Below, piece by piece: positions 60,598 through 64,000 of a DNA stretch of 64,000 bases. The number at the start of each line of letters is the position of its first letter. Positions within the stretch are counted from its first letter, which is position 1. A model generated the notes under the pieces. The model was not told the DNA's origin, made no database searches, and saw only the letters and a list, made by a program, of their open reading frames with translations. This stretch comes from Scyliorhinus canicula (taxonomy: Eukaryota), in contig NW_024056011.1 in NCBI RefSeq assembly GCF_902713615.1, forward strand, positions 62,001-126,000, read 5' to 3'. Both the position numbers and the translations under genes were made by a program.

Positions 60598-60712
60598 AAT
60601 GAGATCACTTCCTCCATATCTACTCTGCCTCGAACTCTCATGATTTAGAATACCTCTGCCAGATGGCTTCTCAACCTGCTCGTCGAGGGGAACAGTCGGA
60701 ATGTCTCCAATC

Positions 60713-61052
60713 TCATAGAATTTACAGTGCAGAAGGAGGCCATTCGGCCCATCGAGTCTGCACCAGCTCTTGGAAAGAGCACCCTACCCAAGGTTAACAC
60801 CTATCCCATCCCCATAACCCAGTAACCCCACACAACACTAAGGGCAATTTTGGACAAAAGGGCAATTTATCATGTACAATCCACCTAACCTGCACATCTT
60901 TGGACTTTGGGAGGAAACCGGAGCACCCGGAGGAAACCCACGCACGCATGGAGAATGTGCAGACTCCGCACAGACAGTGATCCAAGCCAGAATCGAACCT
61001 GGGACCCTGGAGCTGTGAAGCGATTGTGCTATCCACAATGCTACCGTGCTGC
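60713..61052 (-). mobile_element. Family A SINE, full length
   Basis: Near-consensus reverse copy. Confidence 0.92.
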
Positions 61053-63488
61053 CCTCACTCTCTTGGTAACTGAAGTTGGTCATCTCTGGAATCATTTGCG
61101 TGAATATTTTCTGCATCCATCTTTATGAGGTCACATCCTCCCCGACGTGTGTTGCCCACAATCCTTCAGTTCAGTCCGAATCAGAATGTAACATAACTTC
61201 CTTTCCTCTGTATTCTATTCATAGGCGATATGCTCAAGTGAATGAAGCAATGGCTCGGTAGGGAGGAGTATAAACTCAGAGGATTATAAACAAGGGAGAG
61301 GTTTACTGCAGTAATAACTGAAACAGAGGTAGGGCCCAGCGTCATACAGCAGACACGCAGATTGTAAGGTAAACAGGAGCCTGACGCAGTGCCAGTAAAA
61401 ACTGCGGCAGTCCCAGTGGAATAGAAACCAAGACAGCTGATAATGTCGGAATAAGTGAGAAAAGTAGTAGCACTGTACAAAAATAATTCAACCAAACCCG
61501 AGTGTATTACAAAGATAAATGTGTTGTTTCACACAATTGTTTGTGGTAGAGTTTATCATGATATACACTGCATAAAATACAAGGTTCAGTAGAGCAATAG
61601 CTGAAATATTTCCTTGCTCATTATAAACAGAGGCATAAAACATTGTATTGACAACTCAATCAGTGGATAGTGTAATATAACTAAATGATTTACCCAATGC
61701 ATTAAAAATGAAACCGGCTCCAGTGTAATTTACCGGGAGGCAGGAAACGTGCACAATAAACAGTGACACTGTTTTGTGTAGTGGGAGCAAATACAGAGTC
61801 CAGAGTAATATTAACACAGGCCGAGCGTTGTCCAGTAATTCATGAAGATTGTCCAGTGCAATATAAGCAGAGATGGGATTTGTTATAATACAAGCATGGA
61901 AATGACTAAGTTCAGTAACTTCTTCGGTGATCACTCACTAGTGGGTATGATTGTCCACCTATGAAACTCTGTGCAGGTCATGGGTTCTGTGAGTATGAAG
62001 TAGGCCTAATGTAAGACAAACAGAGATCAGTGGGGTAATAACAGAGACTGATTGAAATGTGGAATGGACCTCGGTAAAATGTTGGTTTTGTGATGTGAAT
62101 GGATATCAACTTCTCATGAGCTTCTCTCAAACTTGATTGTAACGGTGTTGACAAAATGGGTATTAACATTTATTGAAGTCAGGGAAACCTGTATTTATTT
62201 TACCTGTGCGCTTTCGAATGTGACAGAGAAAAATAAGCTGAACAATCCAGGCAGGTTCCAGGAGCGCTGGAAGATTTGAAATCACAGAGATTCCTTCACA
62301 AGGCCTAGGGCAGCATGATTGTAGTTACGTCCAGGAACATTCGTTTGGCAGTTATTGGCTGATTCCATGTGTGTCCTGCAGAATACTGGCAATGATTGGC
62401 ACTTCCAGGCAGTCGCTGAATCGTGGTTCCTGGGATTTGCCGCCATCTGGTGTTAGAGGTTCTTCCACCAATATGTTATTCAGTCCAGAGAATTATCGTT
62501 TACGAGTTTCATTTACAATACATTTTGAAGGGAAAGCAGTTGTGGTAATGAAGTAGTTACATTCAGTGCATGACAAAGCACAGTAAACCAGTCAGATTGC
62601 TGAGGACCTTGCCAGCAATGGTAATACATAATGTTTGATCAGCACGTACAGGTTGTCAGTGGGAGCAACTTCAATCTAAAAGATGTCTTCAGCTGAAATG
62701 AACACCCCAGTCTTTCTCTGGCACTTGCAAGGATGACGAAACATCACATCTGGCCCTAGGTCGTGAATTCCATCCTTGAAAGTATCCTTGATATTCCTCA
62801 CTGCCTGAAACTCGCATTATTCACATTCTGAGATGTGTGACGTATCCGTTAAGTTTTAGGATCTCTATTCTAGCCCTTGTGCAGTCCTTTTCAGGGTTTG
62901 TAACTCACTACAGCAATCTTTCTAACATTTTCGCAATCAAGCTTCTGTATTCAGTCAGTTCCTGGCCATTTGTTCCAATGCTTGGAACGCAGCAGTCATG
63001 TCTTTCCTCAATTATACATTGTTCATAAGATCAAATCAGGCCCTGAAAGTAAACTCGAAGGACTTGTTTACGGTGTAGATTCTTAGCTTTAAGAGATATT
63101 AATATTGCGAAGTGCTCAGTCAGACTATTAACATTATTAGGGCTTTTCTCACCTGGGTCCATCAGTCTGATACATAGTGATATTGTAAACCAATAATGAT
63201 TTGTGTATTTTCCACGAGTTCATTGTGATTCGGCGATTTAAGCAGTTCCTCAGGTCACCGGCTGGTTTTTGCATTCTCAATGACAGTGTCAAGTTCACTG
63301 ATATACCGAAATAAACGCCAGCCAATTCTGCCCTCCCAGTGTTACTGCATTAATTGGGCGGAATCTATATTCGATGTGAACTATATTAAATGTTGTTTCT
63401 GTGGATTGTGCTCGCGGTCTCCGCGCACAGGAAAGGATTCACGTGTCAGCCACAAACAGACAGCAGCTGTGACCCAGAAACCTGCGGC

Positions 63489-63527
63489 AGTTTTTGTACG
63501 AGGATCTCACTCGTTGCCATCACTGTG
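63489..63527 (-). promoter_or_regulatory. Recombination signal sequence, 23-bp spacer
   Basis: Minus strand: CACAGTG (63527-63521), 23 nt (63520-63498), ACAAAAACT (63497-63489). Confidence 0.97.
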
Positions 63528-63831
63528 AGACTCTGTGCACAGTAATAGACCGCGCTGTCAGACAGCCGCAGCTCCGAGATGGTCAATCGGTACAACTTCT
63601 CTGATTGTTGGAGGGTAACGGAAAACCGTTCCTGAGCGAAATCCGCTTTCACTGGATCACCTCCGCTCTCGTATATCTGGACAGCAAACTCTGGCTCTCT
63701 ATCTGGGTACTGACGGTACCAGAATAAATAATAAGCATCATCGGTATACGTGCAGGTTAAAGTGACATCTTCTCCCTCTGTCTGTGTGAGTGAGGATTCC
63801 CGCTGAGTAACAGAGTCTCCGTCGCTCAGAC
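63528..63831 (-). CDS. T-cell receptor alpha/delta-type V exon
   Basis: Acceptor TTGCAG, then an open frame LSDGDSVTQRESSLTQTEGEDVTLTCTYTDDAYYLFWYRQYPDREPEFAVQIYESGGDPVKADFAQERFSVTLQQSEKLYRLTISELRLSDSAVYYCAQS with conserved Cys23, Trp41 and YYC. Confidence 0.92.
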
Positions 63832-63919
63832 CTGCAACACACGATTATAGAAAGTGTTAGTCATCGATTAAACGTTACACTAAACTGAGTCGACGGTCAA
63901 AATTTGCAATCAGAGTTAC

Positions 63920-63966
63920 AGAAAAATAAATAGAAGTGAGAATGTAAGATAGTAATTCGACCTCAC
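63920..63966 (-). pseudogene. Candidate defective leader exon of the V gene
   Basis: 47 nt from GTG to a GTAACT donor, with an 88-nt intron containing a CTAAC branch point. Removing one T from the T5 run gives (V)RSNYYLTFSLLFIF-C; there is no ATG. Confidence 0.5.
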
Positions 63967-64000
63967 TGGCTATATCAGTATTAACCACCCCCTCCCTCTC

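Noticed and set aside
63264-63302. GGTTTTTGC-23-CACTGAT, a possible second RSS or D segment
   Set aside because: The heptamer lacks the essential CAC at the coding flank, and there is no partner RSS or coding segment.

Overview
Repeat-dense vertebrate DNA, almost certainly from a shark. HE1/V-SINE-type SINEs, CR1 LINEs, Penelope-like elements and a shark-type C2H2 start suggest a catshark, but the species is an inference. There are two N-gaps (11548-11647, 51013-51532). From left to right: (1) a TE-rich block (1-11293) that recurs at 36741-49840, about 99.8% identical for its first 5.5 kb and clearly more diverged after that; (2) a two-exon class A GPCR of the shark-expanded 'GPR139-like' type (14319-18647, +), whose exon 1 appears to carry a compensated frameshift; (3) a CCAAT minisatellite and a 13.9-kb G-rich palindromic satellite starting at the GPCR stop codon; (4) a 3'-truncated LTR retroelement (32725-35973) with an 18-nt tRNA-Arg(UCU) primer-binding site, a coiled-coil Gag with one CCHC knuckle, and a likely UGA-CGG gag-pro readthrough junction; (5) Penelope ends carrying hammerhead-ribozyme motifs; (6) an intact T-cell-receptor alpha/delta-type V exon with a near-consensus 23-RSS at the right edge (minus strand), with no D, J or C segment recognisable in the 63 kb downstream. 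All alignments were done by eye and TE boundaries are approximate.
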